Shown piece by piece: positions 29,652 to 40,072 of a DNA stretch of 64,000 nt. Made by a program: the position numbers and the translations under genes. A model generated the notes under the pieces. That model did not search any database and was not told the DNA's origin. It saw only the letters and a list, made by a program, of their open reading frames with translations. The stretch is from contig CAVURN010000002.1 of NCBI GenBank assembly GCA_963743915.1, positions 256,001-320,000 of the forward strand. Direction: 5' to 3'. The DNA is from an uncultured Actinomycetota bacterium (GTDB taxonomy: Bacteria > Actinomycetota > Actinomycetes > JAHEKZ01). Numbering within the stretch: the first letter of the stretch is position 1; each line of letters starts with the position of its first letter.

Positions 29652-30137
29652 GTGGCCTGGGCGATCCTCGACGTGGACGGCGTGCTGGCTGACGTGCGCC
29701 ACCGGTTGCGCCACGTCCAGGGACGCCCCAAGGACTGGGACGCGTTCTTCGCGGCGGCACCTGAGGACGGCGTGCTGACCGACGGGCTCGAGCGGGCCCG
29801 GGAGCTCGCCGCCGAGCATGAGGTCACCTACCTGACGGGACGCCCCGAGCGCTGCCGGGCTGACACTGTCGACTGGTTGCGCGCGCACGGCTTCCCCGAG
29901 GCCGACCTGGTGATGCGGCAGGACACAGACCGCCGGCCGGCGCGGCTGTTCAAGGTCGAGCAGGTGCGCCGGCTGGCGCGACGGCAGCCGATCGCTGTGG
30001 TGGTCGACGACGACGCAGCAGTGGTCGAAGCCCTCCGCTCCGCGGGCTTCGACGTCGAGCACGCGACGTGGATGACCGAGACCGCGCCGCAGCAGGCTTC
30101 CCTCTTCGACGCCCAGGAGCGCGACGGGCGCACCTGA
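29652..30137 (+). CDS. HAD-superfamily phosphatase (PNKP phosphatase-like)
   Basis: DVDGVL, LTGRPE, K, VDDD motifs. Confidence 0.75.
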   Translation: MAWAILDVDGVLADVRHRLRHVQGRPKDWDAFFAAAPEDGVLTDGLERARELAAEHEVTYLTGRPERCRADTVDWLRAHGFPEADLVMRQDTDRRPARLFKVEQVRRLARRQPIAVVVDDDAAVVEALRSAGFDVEHATWMTETAPQQASLFDAQERDGRT

Positions 30138-30151
30138 ACGCGCGTCCCGGG

Positions 30152-31207
30152 CTACGTCACGAGACGCAGGGCGGACCGGTACAGCCCCGGGGCCTTGGCG
30201 GCCGCGGGAACGAGGTGGCGGCGGACGGCGTCCTGCTGCGTGCCAGAGACCAGGAGGTCGGTCGACCACCGGAACCGTCGCGTGATGCGGGCCCACTCCC
30301 CCTCGTACCGGTCGAGCCGGCCGGTCACCACCGAGGCCACCGCCGCCTGCGCCGACAGGAAGCCGATGGCGAGGCCCTCACCGGTCAGTGCGTCGACGTA
30401 CCCCGCGGCGTCTCCGACCAGCAGCACGTTGCCCTTGCGGCGTGCTGACGCGGTACGCCGCAGAGGTCCCGCTCCGAGGACGCGTCCGACGGGTTCGGCG
30501 TCGCCGAGCCGGGAGGCGAGCGTGGGGAACGCGCACAGGCGCTCGGCATATGGCCCGCCCGCTCCCCCGAGCAGAGCGACGCCGACGAGGTCGGGTGCGA
30601 CCGGGGTGACGTACGCCTCGTCGTGCTCGGCCCAATGCACCTCGACGTCGTCGCTCCACGGTCGGAGCGCGAAGTGCCCGACAAGTCCGTAACGCCGCGG
30701 GCCTCTGGCTGGTCGCTCAAGGCCGACGGCCTCCCGCACCGTCGAGGACAGGCCGTCACACCCGAGCACGACATCGGCGCGCAGTGAGATGCCGTCCGAG
30801 CACCGGACCTTCACTTCCGACGTTTCGGTCTCGACATCGGTGACGCGAGCCGCAGTCGTCTTCACCCCCGCCGCATCGGCGGCCGCCCGCAGTGCTCGCA
30901 CCAGCTCGGTGCGGCGGACTCCGAGGCCCGCACCGTCGCGCAGATCCGCGCGCACCTGGTGACGTCCGGAGGCGCTCAGGTACCGGATGCCCCGGAACGG
31001 GACGCCGGATGGCACGACGTCGAGCTCGGCGAGCGCACGCACAGCCGACGGCATCAGTCCCTCTCCGCACGCCTTGTCGCCGTCCCCAGTCCGCGCCTCG
31101 AGCAGCGTGACCTCCATCCCTGCCCGGGCGGCCGCCGTCGCAGCGAAGAGTCCGACCGGACCCCCACCGACCACGACGACGGCCACCGCGTCACGCCGTC
31201 TGTGCAT
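30152..31207 (-). CDS. FAD-dependent monooxygenase (SrsC-like)
   Basis: GGGPVG, KACGEGLMP, DG, VGDAAGYVDALTGEG. Confidence 0.85.
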   Translation of the reverse strand: MHRRRDAVAVVVVGGGPVGLFAATAAARAGMEVTLLEARTGDGDKACGEGLMPSAVRALAELDVVPSGVPFRGIRYLSASGRHQVRADLRDGAGLGVRRTELVRALRAAADAAGVKTTAARVTDVETETSEVKVRCSDGISLRADVVLGCDGLSSTVREAVGLERPARGPRRYGLVGHFALRPWSDDVEVHWAEHDEAYVTPVAPDLVGVALLGGAGGPYAERLCAFPTLASRLGDAEPVGRVLGAGPLRRTASARRKGNVLLVGDAAGYVDALTGEGLAIGFLSAQAAVASVVTGRLDRYEGEWARITRRFRWSTDLLVSGTQQDAVRRHLVPAAAKAPGLYRSALRLVT

Positions 31208-31731
31208 CGGAGGCGTCCACCAGCGCGAGCGCTCGGTTCTCGACGCCGATCCGAGTCCGGAGCAGGAACGCGTTCAGGACCGTGAACACGGTGGAGGTGA
31301 TCCAGGCGGTGTGCACCAGGGGCAGCGACACTCCCTCCGCCACCACGGCCACGTAGTTCGGGTGGCGCACCCATCGGTACGGGCCGGACGTCACGCGTCC
31401 GGCCCCGGGCACGACCACGACCCGGGTGTTCCACTGCGGGCCGAGCGTGGCGATGCACCACCAGCGCAAGGCCTGGGCCAGCAGGACCACCACGAGCATC
31501 GGCCAGCCGAGCCACGGCAGGAAGACCCGGTCGAGCAGCACCACCTCAGCCACCGCGCCGACCAGCAGTCCTACGTGCAGCACCACCATCGCCGGGTAGT
31601 GGCTGCGTCCGTACTCCACTCCCCCACGGGCGAGCGCCCAGGCGACGTGGCGCTGCGAGATCACGCAGCTCGGCCACGCGCTCGACGCCGACCGCGGCGA
31701 TCAGCACGACGAACCAGCCCGTGGACGTCAC
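31191..31731 (-). CDS. Isoprenylcysteine carboxyl methyltransferase family (SrsB-like), frameshift near 31665
   Basis: ERVAEL, HYPAMV, LRWWCI, WNTR, GPYRWVRHPNY, R..VE. Confidence 0.85.
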
Positions 31732-31735
31732 ACCG

Positions 31736-32812
31736 TCACCACCGCAGCAGCACCAGCTCGGCGCTGAACCCCGGCCCCATGGCCACCATCACCCCGGTCT
31801 CCCCCGGCTGGGGACGCCGCGACGTGAGCACCTGCTGCAGCACATGGAGCACCGAGGCCGACGAGAGGTTGCCGACGTCGCGCAGCGAGTCCCAGGTCAG
31901 CTGCGTGTGCGTCCGGTCGATCCCCAACGCCTCCTCCAGCGCCAACAGCACCTTCGGCCCACCGGGATGAGCGATCCAGTGATCCACGTCGCGGACAGTC
32001 ATCGCGTGCCTGGCCAGGAAGCCGTCGACGAACGGACGCAGCTCGCTGCGCACGAGGTCAGGCACCGTCGGTGCGAGGACGACGCGCAGACCGGTCGCGC
32101 CGACGTCCCATCCCATGACGCGTTCGCTGTCGGGGAACTGCACCGACGCAGTGTCGACCACGCGGGCGACCGGTCCCCGCAGCTGGCGCGCCCTCCGGGC
32201 GCCGACAAGCACGACCGCGGCTGCGCCGTCACCGAAGAGGCCAGACGCCACGATGTTGGCCATCGATGCGTCTGCGCCCTGCAGCGTCAACGAGCACAGC
32301 TCGACGCACACGAGCACCGCGACGCCGTCCGGGTCACCCCTGAGGTAGTCGGAGACCCGGGCCACCCCCGCCGCGCCGGCCACGCAGCCGAGTCCGGCCA
32401 AGGGCAGCCGTTTGAGGTTGCTGCGCATCCCGAGCAGCGGTGCGATGCGCGCGTCCAGAGTGGGCACGGCGATCCCCGTCACCGTGGCGGCCGCCAACAG
32501 GTCGACGTCACTGGCGAGGAGTCCGGCAGCTCTCAGCGCCTCCGCCACAGCGCGCGCGGCGAGCGGCGGCGCCTCGCGCAGGAACACGTCGTTCGCCTCG
32601 CCGAAGTCGGCGAGCTTCTCGTACCCGTCGAGCTCCAGCGTCAGATGCCGGGCGTCGACACCGGTCGCCTCGTGCGTGCGACTGACCAGGCGGCGCAGCG
32701 CCTCGGGGTCGTCGTCAACGCCCGCGAGTAGCCCTGCGAACGCCTCCGTGATCTCACGCTGCGGGTAGCGGTGCTCCGGGAACGCGGCGGCGGCGCTGAC
32801 CAGGAGCGGCAT
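31736..32812 (-). CDS. Type III polyketide synthase (SrsA-like alkylresorcinol/alkylpyrone synthase)
   Basis: Catalytic triad LGCVAG, HPGG, GNLSS; LFGDG, GPGF. Confidence 0.92.
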   Translation of the reverse strand: MPLLVSAAAAFPEHRYPQREITEAFAGLLAGVDDDPEALRRLVSRTHEATGVDARHLTLELDGYEKLADFGEANDVFLREAPPLAARAVAEALRAAGLLASDVDLLAAATVTGIAVPTLDARIAPLLGMRSNLKRLPLAGLGCVAGAAGVARVSDYLRGDPDGVAVLVCVELCSLTLQGADASMANIVASGLFGDGAAAVVLVGARRARQLRGPVARVVDTASVQFPDSERVMGWDVGATGLRVVLAPTVPDLVRSELRPFVDGFLARHAMTVRDVDHWIAHPGGPKVLLALEEALGIDRTHTQLTWDSLRDVGNLSSASVLHVLQQVLTSRRPQPGETGVMVAMGPGFSAELVLLRW

Positions 32813-32866
32813 CTCCGCATCCTGTCACGGACCCGCCACGCGCGCCCACAGCGCGACGCGCCCGGT

Positions 32867-35806
32867 TCACGTGGACAGGTCGAAGGCCTCCGGCGGCGGA
32901 CACGAGCAGACCAGATGGCGGTCGCCGTAGGCACCGTCGATCCGACGCACGGGCGGCCAGTACTTGTCCTGGCGCAGGGACGCCACCGGATAGATGGCCG
33001 TCTCTCGCGAGTAGGGGGCCGTCCACTCCTCGGTGATCGCGGCCGCCGTGTGAGGTGCTGCCCTCAGCGGAGAGGACTCGACGGTCCACTCCCCTGCCAC
33101 CACCTGGTCGATCTCCCCGCGGATCGCGATCATTGCCTCGATGAACCGGTCCAGCTCCCGCAGTCCTTCACTCTCGGTCGGTTCGACCATGAGGGTGCCT
33201 GCGACGGGGAACGACATCGTGGGCGCGTGGAACCCGTAGTCGATCAGCCGCTTGGCGACGTCGTCGACGGTGACACCCGACTGCTTGGTGATCTCGCGCA
33301 GGTCCAGGATGCACTCGTGCGCGACCAGGCCGGTGTCACCGGTGTAGAGCACCGGGTAGTACGACGCGAGCTGGCTGGCGATGTAGTTGGCCGACAGCAC
33401 GGCCGACTTGGTCGCCTGCGTGAGCCCGTCCGGCCCCATCAGGCGCACGTACGCCCACGAGATCGGCAGGATGCCGGCCGACCCCCAGGGTGCGGCCGAC
33501 ACCGGCCCGACCCCGGACTCCGGACCCGCCTCGGCGACGAGCGGGTGGTTGGGCAGGAACGGCGCGAGGTGGGCGCGGACGCCGATCGGCCCGACGCCCG
33601 GGCCGCCACCGCCGTGCGGGATGCAGAACGTCTTGTGCAGGTTGAGGTGCGAGACGTCGGCGCCGAACTTGCCCGGCTGCGCCAGGCCCACCAGCGCGTT
33701 GAGGTTGGCGCCGTCGACATAGACCTGGCCACCGGCGTCGTGGATCAGTCCGCAGACGTCCCTGACCTCCGACTCGAAGACGCCATGCGTCGACGGGTAG
33801 GTGATCATCAGGGCTGCGAGCTGGTCGCGGTGCTGCTCGATCTTCGCATTGAGGTCGTCCAGGTCGAGGCCACCGTCCTCACCGGTCTTGACCACCACGA
33901 CCTTCATCCCTGCCATGACGGCGGACGCGGCATTGGTGCCGTGTGCGGAGGCCGGTACCAGACACACCCGTCGCTCCTGGTCGCCGCGTGAGTCGTGGTA
34001 CGCGCGGATGGCGAGCAGACCGGAGAACTCGCCCTGGCTGCCGGCGTTCGGCTGCAGGGAGACGGCGTCGTACCCGGTGATCTCGACCAGCCACTCCTCG
34101 AGCTGGTCGATGAGCTCGAGGTAGCCCTGTGCCTGCTCGAGCGGCGCGAACGGATGGATGTTGGAGAACTCCGGCCAGGTGATGGCCTCCATCTCGGTGG
34201 TGGCGTTCAGCTTCATCGTGCAGGAGCCGAGCGGGATCATCGAGCGGTCCAGCGCGACGTCCTTGTCCTGCAGCCGACGCAGGTAGCGCAGCATCTCGGT
34301 CTCGCTGCGGTACCGCCCGAACACCGGGTGCGTGAGGAAGTCCGACGTGCGCACGAGCGCGTCCGGGACGCCGACCTCCCCCTGGGCGATCAGCAGCGCG
34401 TCGAGCGCGTCGATGTCGACGCCCTCGACGCCGAACGAGGCCCACACGTCCTCGACGTTGGAGCGGAGGGTGACCTCGTCGGTGCTGATGCCGATCGTGT
34501 CGCCGTCGACGTGCCGCAGATTGATACCGCGTCCGCGAGCGGCACGCAGGACCTTGTCGGCGCGGCCGGGGACGCGCACGAGCACGGTGTCGAAGAAGTG
34601 CTCGTGGACGACGTGGATGCCCGCGCTCTCCAGCCCGGCGGCGATCAGTCGGGCGAAGCGGTGCGTGCGGTGCGCGATCCCCCGCAGACCGTCCGGGCCG
34701 TGGTAGACGGCGTACATGCTGGCCATCACGGCGAGCAGCACCTGGGCCGTGCAGATGTTGCTCGTCGCCTTCTCCCGACGGATGTGCTGCTCACGCGTCT
34801 GGAGCGCCAGTCGATAGGCCGGCGAGCCGTCGGCGTCGATGGACACCCCGACCAGGCGGCCGGGGAGCTGCCGCTCCAGCCCCTCGCGCACCGCCATGTA
34901 CCCCGCGTGCGGACCGCCGAAGGCGAGCGGGACACCGAACCGCTGCGAGGTGCCGACCACGATGTCGGCGCCCATCTCGCCCGGAGGTTTGAGGATCGTC
35001 AGCGCCAGCAGGTCGGCCGCGACGATGGCCAGGGCGCCACGGGCGTGGGCCGCCTCGATGACCGGCGTGGGATCGACGATGACGCCGCTGGCCGCCGGGT
35101 ACTGGACGACGACACCGGCGAGGTCACCGTCGGGCAGTCCGTCGGCGACGAGGTCACGGACCTCGATGGTGATCCCCAGCGGGCGCGCCCTGGTCTGCAG
35201 CACGGCGATCGTCTGCGGGAAGGTGTCGGCGTCGACGACGACGGTGTGCGAGCCCTTGGCCGAGCGCACCGCCAGCGTCATGGCCTCCGCCACCGCCGTG
35301 CCCTCGTCGAGCAGCGACGCGTTGGCCGTGGGCAGACCGGTGAGGTCCTCGACCATGGTCTGGAAGTTCAGCAGCGCCTCGAGACGTCCTTGGCTGATCT
35401 CGGGCTGGTAGGGCGTGTACGCGGTGTACCAGCCGGGGTTCTCCAGCACCCGCCGCTCGATGACGGCCGGCGTGAAGGTGTCGTAGTAGCCCATGCCGAT
35501 CATCTGCACCATCGGCTGGTTCTTGGCAGCGATCGCCCGCAGCTCGTCGACGACCTCGACCTCGGACAGCGCGGGCGGCAGGTTCAGCCGCTCCTGCATC
35601 CGGATGACCGACGGCACCGCCTCGTCGATGACGGCGTCCAGGCTGCTGCGTCCCAGCGCCTTGACCATCTGGTCGGTCTGCGACTCCCCTGGTCCGACGT
35701 GCCGCCGCACGAAGGGCATGTGCGCCTCGAGCGAGGCGAGGGGCGCCGTGGCGGGATCGGGACTGGTGAGGACGGGACGGTCGACGGTCTCGGTGGAGTC
35801 ACCCAT
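32867..35806 (-). CDS. gcvP: Glycine dehydrogenase (decarboxylating), P protein
   Basis: [40 protein letters not shown]. Confidence 0.97.
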   Translation of the reverse strand: MGDSTETVDRPVLTSPDPATAPLASLEAHMPFVRRHVGPGESQTDQMVKALGRSSLDAVIDEAVPSVIRMQERLNLPPALSEVEVVDELRAIAAKNQPMVQMIGMGYYDTFTPAVIERRVLENPGWYTAYTPYQPEISQGRLEALLNFQTMVEDLTGLPTANASLLDEGTAVAEAMTLAVRSAKGSHTVVVDADTFPQTIAVLQTRARPLGITIEVRDLVADGLPDGDLAGVVVQYPAASGVIVDPTPVIEAAHARGALAIVAADLLALTILKPPGEMGADIVVGTSQRFGVPLAFGGPHAGYMAVREGLERQLPGRLVGVSIDADGSPAYRLALQTREQHIRREKATSNICTAQVLLAVMASMYAVYHGPDGLRGIAHRTHRFARLIAAGLESAGIHVVHEHFFDTVLVRVPGRADKVLRAARGRGINLRHVDGDTIGISTDEVTLRSNVEDVWASFGVEGVDIDALDALLIAQGEVGVPDALVRTSDFLTHPVFGRYRSETEMLRYLRRLQDKDVALDRSMIPLGSCTMKLNATTEMEAITWPEFSNIHPFAPLEQAQGYLELIDQLEEWLVEITGYDAVSLQPNAGSQGEFSGLLAIRAYHDSRGDQERRVCLVPASAHGTNAASAVMAGMKVVVVKTGEDGGLDLDDLNAKIEQHRDQLAALMITYPSTHGVFESEVRDVCGLIHDAGGQVYVDGANLNALVGLAQPGKFGADVSHLNLHKTFCIPHGGGGPGVGPIGVRAHLAPFLPNHPLVAEAGPESGVGPVSAAPWGSAGILPISWAYVRLMGPDGLTQATKSAVLSANYIASQLASYYPVLYTGDTGLVAHECILDLREITKQSGVTVDDVAKRLIDYGFHAPTMSFPVAGTLMVEPTESEGLRELDRFIEAMIAIRGEIDQVVAGEWTVESSPLRAAPHTAAAITEEWTAPYSRETAIYPVASLRQDKYWPPVRRIDGAYGDRHLVCSCPPPEAFDLST

Positions 35807-35844
35807 GGGGAGCCTTCCTCGGTGCGGTGGACGGATGTCCTGGC

Positions 35845-36036
35845 TCCCCCTCTGTCATCGGTACCTGAGAGGTTCGCAGCCCGGTATGGGTCCCGGGGCT
35901 GCTTGCACCGTCGGTGGGGCTGGCGCCCGCTTTCCAGAGGTGCCTCGCCCAAGCGGTCCGGGTGCCTGAGAGTTTCTGGGGAGAATTGCTCCTTCGGCGT
36001 CCCCGCTGGCTGCGAGGAACTCTTCCGCCGGGGTCG
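35845..36036 (-). ncRNA. Tandem glycine riboswitch
   Basis: Two aptamers upstream of gcvP: GGAAGA..CCGAAGGAGCAA..AACTCTCAGG and GGAAAG..CCGACGGTGCAA..ACCTCTCAGG. Confidence 0.9.
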
Positions 36037-36078
36037 TCGGCGAGCGAAAGTCTACTCTCCGCCGGTGCTGCGGGCGCC

Positions 36079-36675
36079 TCAGCCGGTGCTGCGGGCGCGG
36101 CGTCGGGCGGCCAGCTCGTCGGAGGGGTCCGCGCCGTCGGCGCTGTCACTGGGACGCTCCCACGGCAGCTCGGCGAGGGAGCCCTCGACCTCGCGCCAGA
36201 CGCGTCCGACGGCGATGCCGAAGACGCCCTGCCCGCCCTGGACCAGGTCGATGACCTCGTCGGCGCTGGTGCACTCGTAGACCGAGGCGCCGTCGCTCAT
36301 GATGGTGATCTGCGCGAGGTCGTCGATGCCGCGCTCGCGCAGGTGCTGCACGGCTGTCCGGATCTGCTGCAGCGAGACGCCGGTGTCGAGCAGCCGCTTG
36401 ACGATCTTCAGCACCAGGACGTCGCGGAAGCTGTAGAGCCGCTGGGTTCCAGAGCCCGCCGCGCCGCGGATGCTGGGCTCGACCAGACCGGTGCGCGCCC
36501 AGTAGTCGAGCTGGCGATAGGTGATGCCGGCGGCGCTGCAGACGGTGGGACCGCGGTAGCCGATGTCCTCCGGCAGCGCGCGCACCTCGTCGGTGAACAG
36601 CAGGCCCTGCTGACCGGCCAGCGCTGCGGCCCGCGCTGCGGGCGGCCTCGTCCTGCTGGCCTCGTGGGTCTCCAC
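36079..36675 (-). CDS. MerR-family regulator, Rv1830-like
   Basis: GYRGPTVCSAAGITYRQLDYWART, SGTQRLYSFRD. Confidence 0.92.
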   Translation of the reverse strand: METHEASRTRPPAARAAALAGQQGLLFTDEVRALPEDIGYRGPTVCSAAGITYRQLDYWARTGLVEPSIRGAAGSGTQRLYSFRDVLVLKIVKRLLDTGVSLQQIRTAVQHLRERGIDDLAQITIMSDGASVYECTSADEVIDLVQGGQGVFGIAVGRVWREVEGSLAELPWERPSDSADGADPSDELAARRRARSTG

Positions 36676-36866
36676 CAGTGGTCACGCCGACCTCCACTCG
36701 CCCGCGTCCTGCCCTCGAGGCGGTCGAGCCGGATGGCTCGGGGGGAAAGTACACGCCTGGAGTTACCGCGGTGTGGGATGCACGCTAGGTCGCCGCCCCG
36801 CCCCGGTCAATGCACGGGGACGCGACACGCCGGACGGAAGTCTCGACCACCAGTGGAGTCTTCGCA

Positions 36867-36889
36867 ACCCTCAGGTGAAGGTTGAGGGT
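36867..36889. promoter_or_regulatory. FtsR/MerR-type palindromic operator upstream of the Rv1830-like gene
   Basis: ACCCTCA-GGTGAAGGT-TGAGGGT with perfect 7-bp arms; degenerate neighbour AGTCTCG-N9-GGAGTCT at 36839-36861. Confidence 0.75.
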
Positions 36890-37434
36890 CAGGAGGTGCT
36901 CTCCGGCCCGGTGGTGGGTCCGGCGCCGGGGTCCGGTGTGCCGAAGTCCTCCGGGGAGATCTCGTCGAGGAACTCACGGAACTTCTCGACCTCCCCGAGG
37001 TCGGCGCCCTCCGAGGCCTCCTCGTCTTCCTCGTCGCTCTCCTCCGGCATGGGGATGCCGGCCTCGTCCAGGACGTCCGGCGAGGCCACCACCGGGGCGT
37101 CCACCCGCAGGGCGAGCGCGATGGCGTCGGAGGGCCGCGCGCTGACCGTCACTCCCCCGTCGAAGACCAGCTCGGCGAAGAACACCCCGTCGTCGAGGTC
37201 GGTGATCTGCACCTCCTGGAGCCGACGTCCGAGCCCGGCGATGACGTCGGCGAGCAGGTCGTGAGTCAGGGGTCGCGCCGGCTCGACGCCCTGCTGGGCG
37301 TAGGCGATGGCGGTGGCCTCGACCGCGCCGATCCAGATGGGCAGGTAGCGCTCACCGTCGCGCTCGCGGAGCAGCACGATGGGCTGGTTCGTCGGCATCT
37401 CGACCCGGACGCCGACCACGTCGACCGGCTTCAT
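36889..37434 (-). CDS. Bifunctional nuclease family protein (DUF151, Rv1829-like)
   Basis: LPIWIG, RPLTHDL, ARPSDAIALALR. Confidence 0.92.
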   Translation of the reverse strand: MKPVDVVGVRVEMPTNQPIVLLRERDGERYLPIWIGAVEATAIAYAQQGVEPARPLTHDLLADVIAGLGRRLQEVQITDLDDGVFFAELVFDGGVTVSARPSDAIALALRVDAPVVASPDVLDEAGIPMPEESDEEDEEASEGADLGEVEKFREFLDEISPEDFGTPDPGAGPTTGPESTS

Positions 37435-37438
37435 GACG

Positions 37439-38236
37439 TCAGCCTACTCCGCACGCGCGGAGGCGGCCGCCCGTCAGCTGCGATCGGTCCGGTCCGAGCT
37501 GAGCCTTCACGAGCGCGGCGTGCAGCCGCACGCTCAGCGCGGCCAGCGCTCGGGTCGTCTCCTCGGCCCGGCCCTGGGCGTCGGCCCCCCGTCCGCGCTG
37601 CAACGGGGTCACCACCTGCTCGATGAGCCCGGCCTCCCGGTCGGCCGCCGACTTGAAGGCACGCAGGTGCCGCGGCTCGATGCCGTAGGCCGCGAGCTCG
37701 CCGGCGGCCGTCGGCGATGACCACGCGCGTCACCGTCGAAGTGCTCGCCCGTGCGGCCGGGGCCGACCAGCCCGTAGCTCTCCAGCGCGGACAGCAGGTC
37801 GTCGTCGATCTCGGCCGCGGCGAGCAGCTCGTCGCGGGACAGCCGGAGCTCGGACCCGTCGCGGGCGAAGTCGTCGGCCTCGGGGTAGCGGCTCCCCGGA
37901 CGACGGACACCGGGACCCGGGGGCTGGCGCCGGGCGCCGACGGTGGTTCGAGACCGCGGTCGATCGCCTCGAGGTGCTCGCGGATCACCTTCAGCGGCAG
38001 GTAGTGGTCACGTTGGGCGCCGAGGATGTAGCGGAGGCGGCTGAGTCCTCGGAGGTGAACTTGCGGTAGCCCGAGGGCGTCCGCTGCGGCTCGACCAGCC
38101 CCTCGGACTCCAGGAACCGGATCTTGGAGATCGTGACGTCGGGGAAGTCCGGCCGGAGCTTGCCGAGGACCTCGCCGATGCTCATGTAGGCGCTGGCCGG
38201 GATCGCGGTGCTGCGCTGACCGGCAGCGGGGCTCAT
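37439..38236 (-). CDS. ftsR: MerR-family regulator FtsR/Rv1828-like, multiple frameshifts
   Basis: [33 protein letters not shown]; [13 protein letters not shown]; synteny with garA and DUF151. Confidence 0.85.
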
Positions 38237-38753
38237 GCGGCGTCCCCGTCGGTGCGCGGGCGGGCCAGGAAGAGCATCCGGTACTTGCCGATCTGCACCT
38301 CGTCCCCGCCGACGCAGCAGCGCCTCGTCGATGCGGTCGCGGTTGACGTAGGTGCCGTTGAGGCTGCCGACGTCGCGCAACGGTGAAGCCGTCCGGGCCG
38401 CGACGGAACTCCGCGTGGTGCCGCGACACCGTGATGTCGTCGAGGAAGATGTCGCTGTCGGGGTGCCGACCGGCCGAGGTCACGTCGGCGTCCAGCAGGA
38501 AGCGCGCCCCCGACGCCGGACCGCGCCGCACGACCAGCAGTGCGGTCCCCTCGACCAGCCGCTCCACCATCGCGACGTCGGGGTCGGGCTCGGCGGTCTC
38601 CGCCTCGGCCTCGTGCGCGCTCTCGCCGGCACCGAGGTGCAGGACCGACGTGGTCTCCCCCGAGGACTCGCCCCCCAGGGGCTTGCCGCAGGCGGCGCAG
38701 AAGCGCGCGCCCGGGTCCTGCGTGTCGTGCCCGCAGTGGGGACAGACCGGCAT
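38233..38753 (-). CDS. garA: Zinc-ribbon + FHA domain protein (GarA/OdhI-like), frameshifted
   Basis: [47 protein letters not shown]. Confidence 0.82.
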
Positions 38754-38788
38754 GCCGCCTCCCGGCGTCCGACGTGGTGCTCCACCCA

Positions 38789-38811
38789 AGGCTCAGGTGA
38801 AGGTTGAGAGT
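38789..38811. promoter_or_regulatory. Second FtsR-type operator upstream of the garA-ftsR operon
   Basis: AGGCTCA-GGTGAAGGT-TGAGAGT; 17-bp core CTCAGGTGAAGGTTGAG identical to the 36867 site. Confidence 0.72.
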
Positions 38812-38850
38812 CCAACCTAAGCCGCGTCCAACCAGCCGGTCAACTGCGGG

Positions 38851-39237
38851 TCACGAGGCGGAGGCGACGTGCTGGGCGTATCCCGCCGAGTCGAGCAGCG
38901 ACTCGAGCTGACCGGGGTCGGCGAGCTCGACCTCGACCATCCACCCCTCGCCGTACGCGTCGGCGTTGACGACCTCGGGGGTCGCCCCGAGCGAGTCGTT
39001 GCGCGCGGTGACGGTGCCGCTCACCGGGGCGTAGATGTCGCTGACGCTCTTGGTGGACTCGACCTCACCCACGGCGTCGCCGGACTCGATGACCGCGCCG
39101 ACCTCCGGCAGGGAGACATAGACGATGTCGCCGAGCGCGTCCTGCGCGTAGTCGGTGATCCCGAAGCGCACCGTTCGGTCGGACACCGCTCGTACCCACT
39201 CGTGGTCGGTCGTGTACTTCAGATCCTCGGGATACAC
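38851..39237 (-). CDS. gcvH: Glycine cleavage system H protein
   Basis: YTTDHEW, GITDYAQDALGD, ESTKS lipoyl motif. Confidence 0.96.
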   Translation of the reverse strand: MYPEDLKYTTDHEWVRAVSDRTVRFGITDYAQDALGDIVYVSLPEVGAVIESGDAVGEVESTKSVSDIYAPVSGTVTARNDSLGATPEVVNADAYGEGWMVEVELADPGQLESLLDSAGYAQHVASAS

Positions 39238-39330
39238 CGCACTCCTTAGGGTCAGGGCCTGCAGCCGCGTCGTCGCCGGGCCCGATGCAGGCTGAGCGTA
39301 ACCGAGGAGTGGCTTTCGCGGCCCGCCCCG

Positions 39331-40071
39331 TCAGGGCACCGCCTTGATCACCACGACGTCACGCTGGCTGATGGCGGTGGACGCCCCCGCCTCGCGCACC
39401 GACTCGACCACGCCGCCGGGGAAGGACAGCCCCGCCTCCAGGATCCCCGCGTCACCGATCGCGGCGATCTCGTACGGCGCCGACACCACCTCTCCCCCCA
39501 CCGCGATCCCCTCGGGGGTGTCGGTGATCGCGGTGGTCGCCACGACCCGTACCCCGTCGATCGCGATCGCCTCGGCACCGGAGTCGCGCAGCTCCTGGAC
39601 CGCGTCGAGCAGGTCGCTGGAGTCCAGGACGCCGTCCGGGTCGTTCACCGTGACCACGACCCCCGGGCCGTGCACGGGCACGGTGCCGGCGAGGACGCGC
39701 AGGCTCTCCAACCGCTCACGGGTCGACTCGCGTGCCGCCTGTGCCTGATTGACCCCGGAGACGAGCGCGGCCAGGTTCGCGCGGAGCCGTGCCTCCTCGG
39801 CGGCGAGCCGTTCTCGTTGGGCGGAGATGTCGTCGAGGATGCGCACCAGGTCGGAGGTGCGGGCCGAGCCGAGGGCGTCCTGCTGCGTCGTCTGCACCTG
39901 GACGGCGAGGACGAACCCGAGCAGGAACAGCAGCGCCGCCACCACCCACTGTCCGCGTGACGGCGTCCGGGTGAGTGCAGCACGAAGGGCCGCCCAGTCG
40001 CGCGGGCTCTCGGTGGCGTCCGGAGCCGCGGGTGTCTCCGACGGCGACCCGGTGTCCTGCTGCTCGCTCAT
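39331..40071 (-). CDS. DUF881 domain protein
   Basis: TM helix, coiled coil, GPG, ELRDSGAEAIAI, PYEIAAIG. Confidence 0.85.
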   Translation of the reverse strand: MSEQQDTGSPSETPAAPDATESPRDWAALRAALTRTPSRGQWVVAALLFLLGFVLAVQVQTTQQDALGSARTSDLVRILDDISAQRERLAAEEARLRANLAALVSGVNQAQAARESTRERLESLRVLAGTVPVHGPGVVVTVNDPDGVLDSSDLLDAVQELRDSGAEAIAIDGVRVVATTAITDTPEGIAVGGEVVSAPYEIAAIGDAGILEAGLSFPGGVVESVREAGASTAISQRDVVVIKAVP

Positions 40072-40072
40072 C

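Noticed and set aside
21734-36280. Long antisense ORFs (for example 21734-23743 +, 33995-36280 +)
   Set aside because: Shadow frames of fhs and gcvP caused by high GC3; no recognisable domains.
37439-38753. Programmed frameshifting in ftsR/garA
   Set aside because: Several breaks per gene without slippery-site signatures; sequencing error is more parsimonious.
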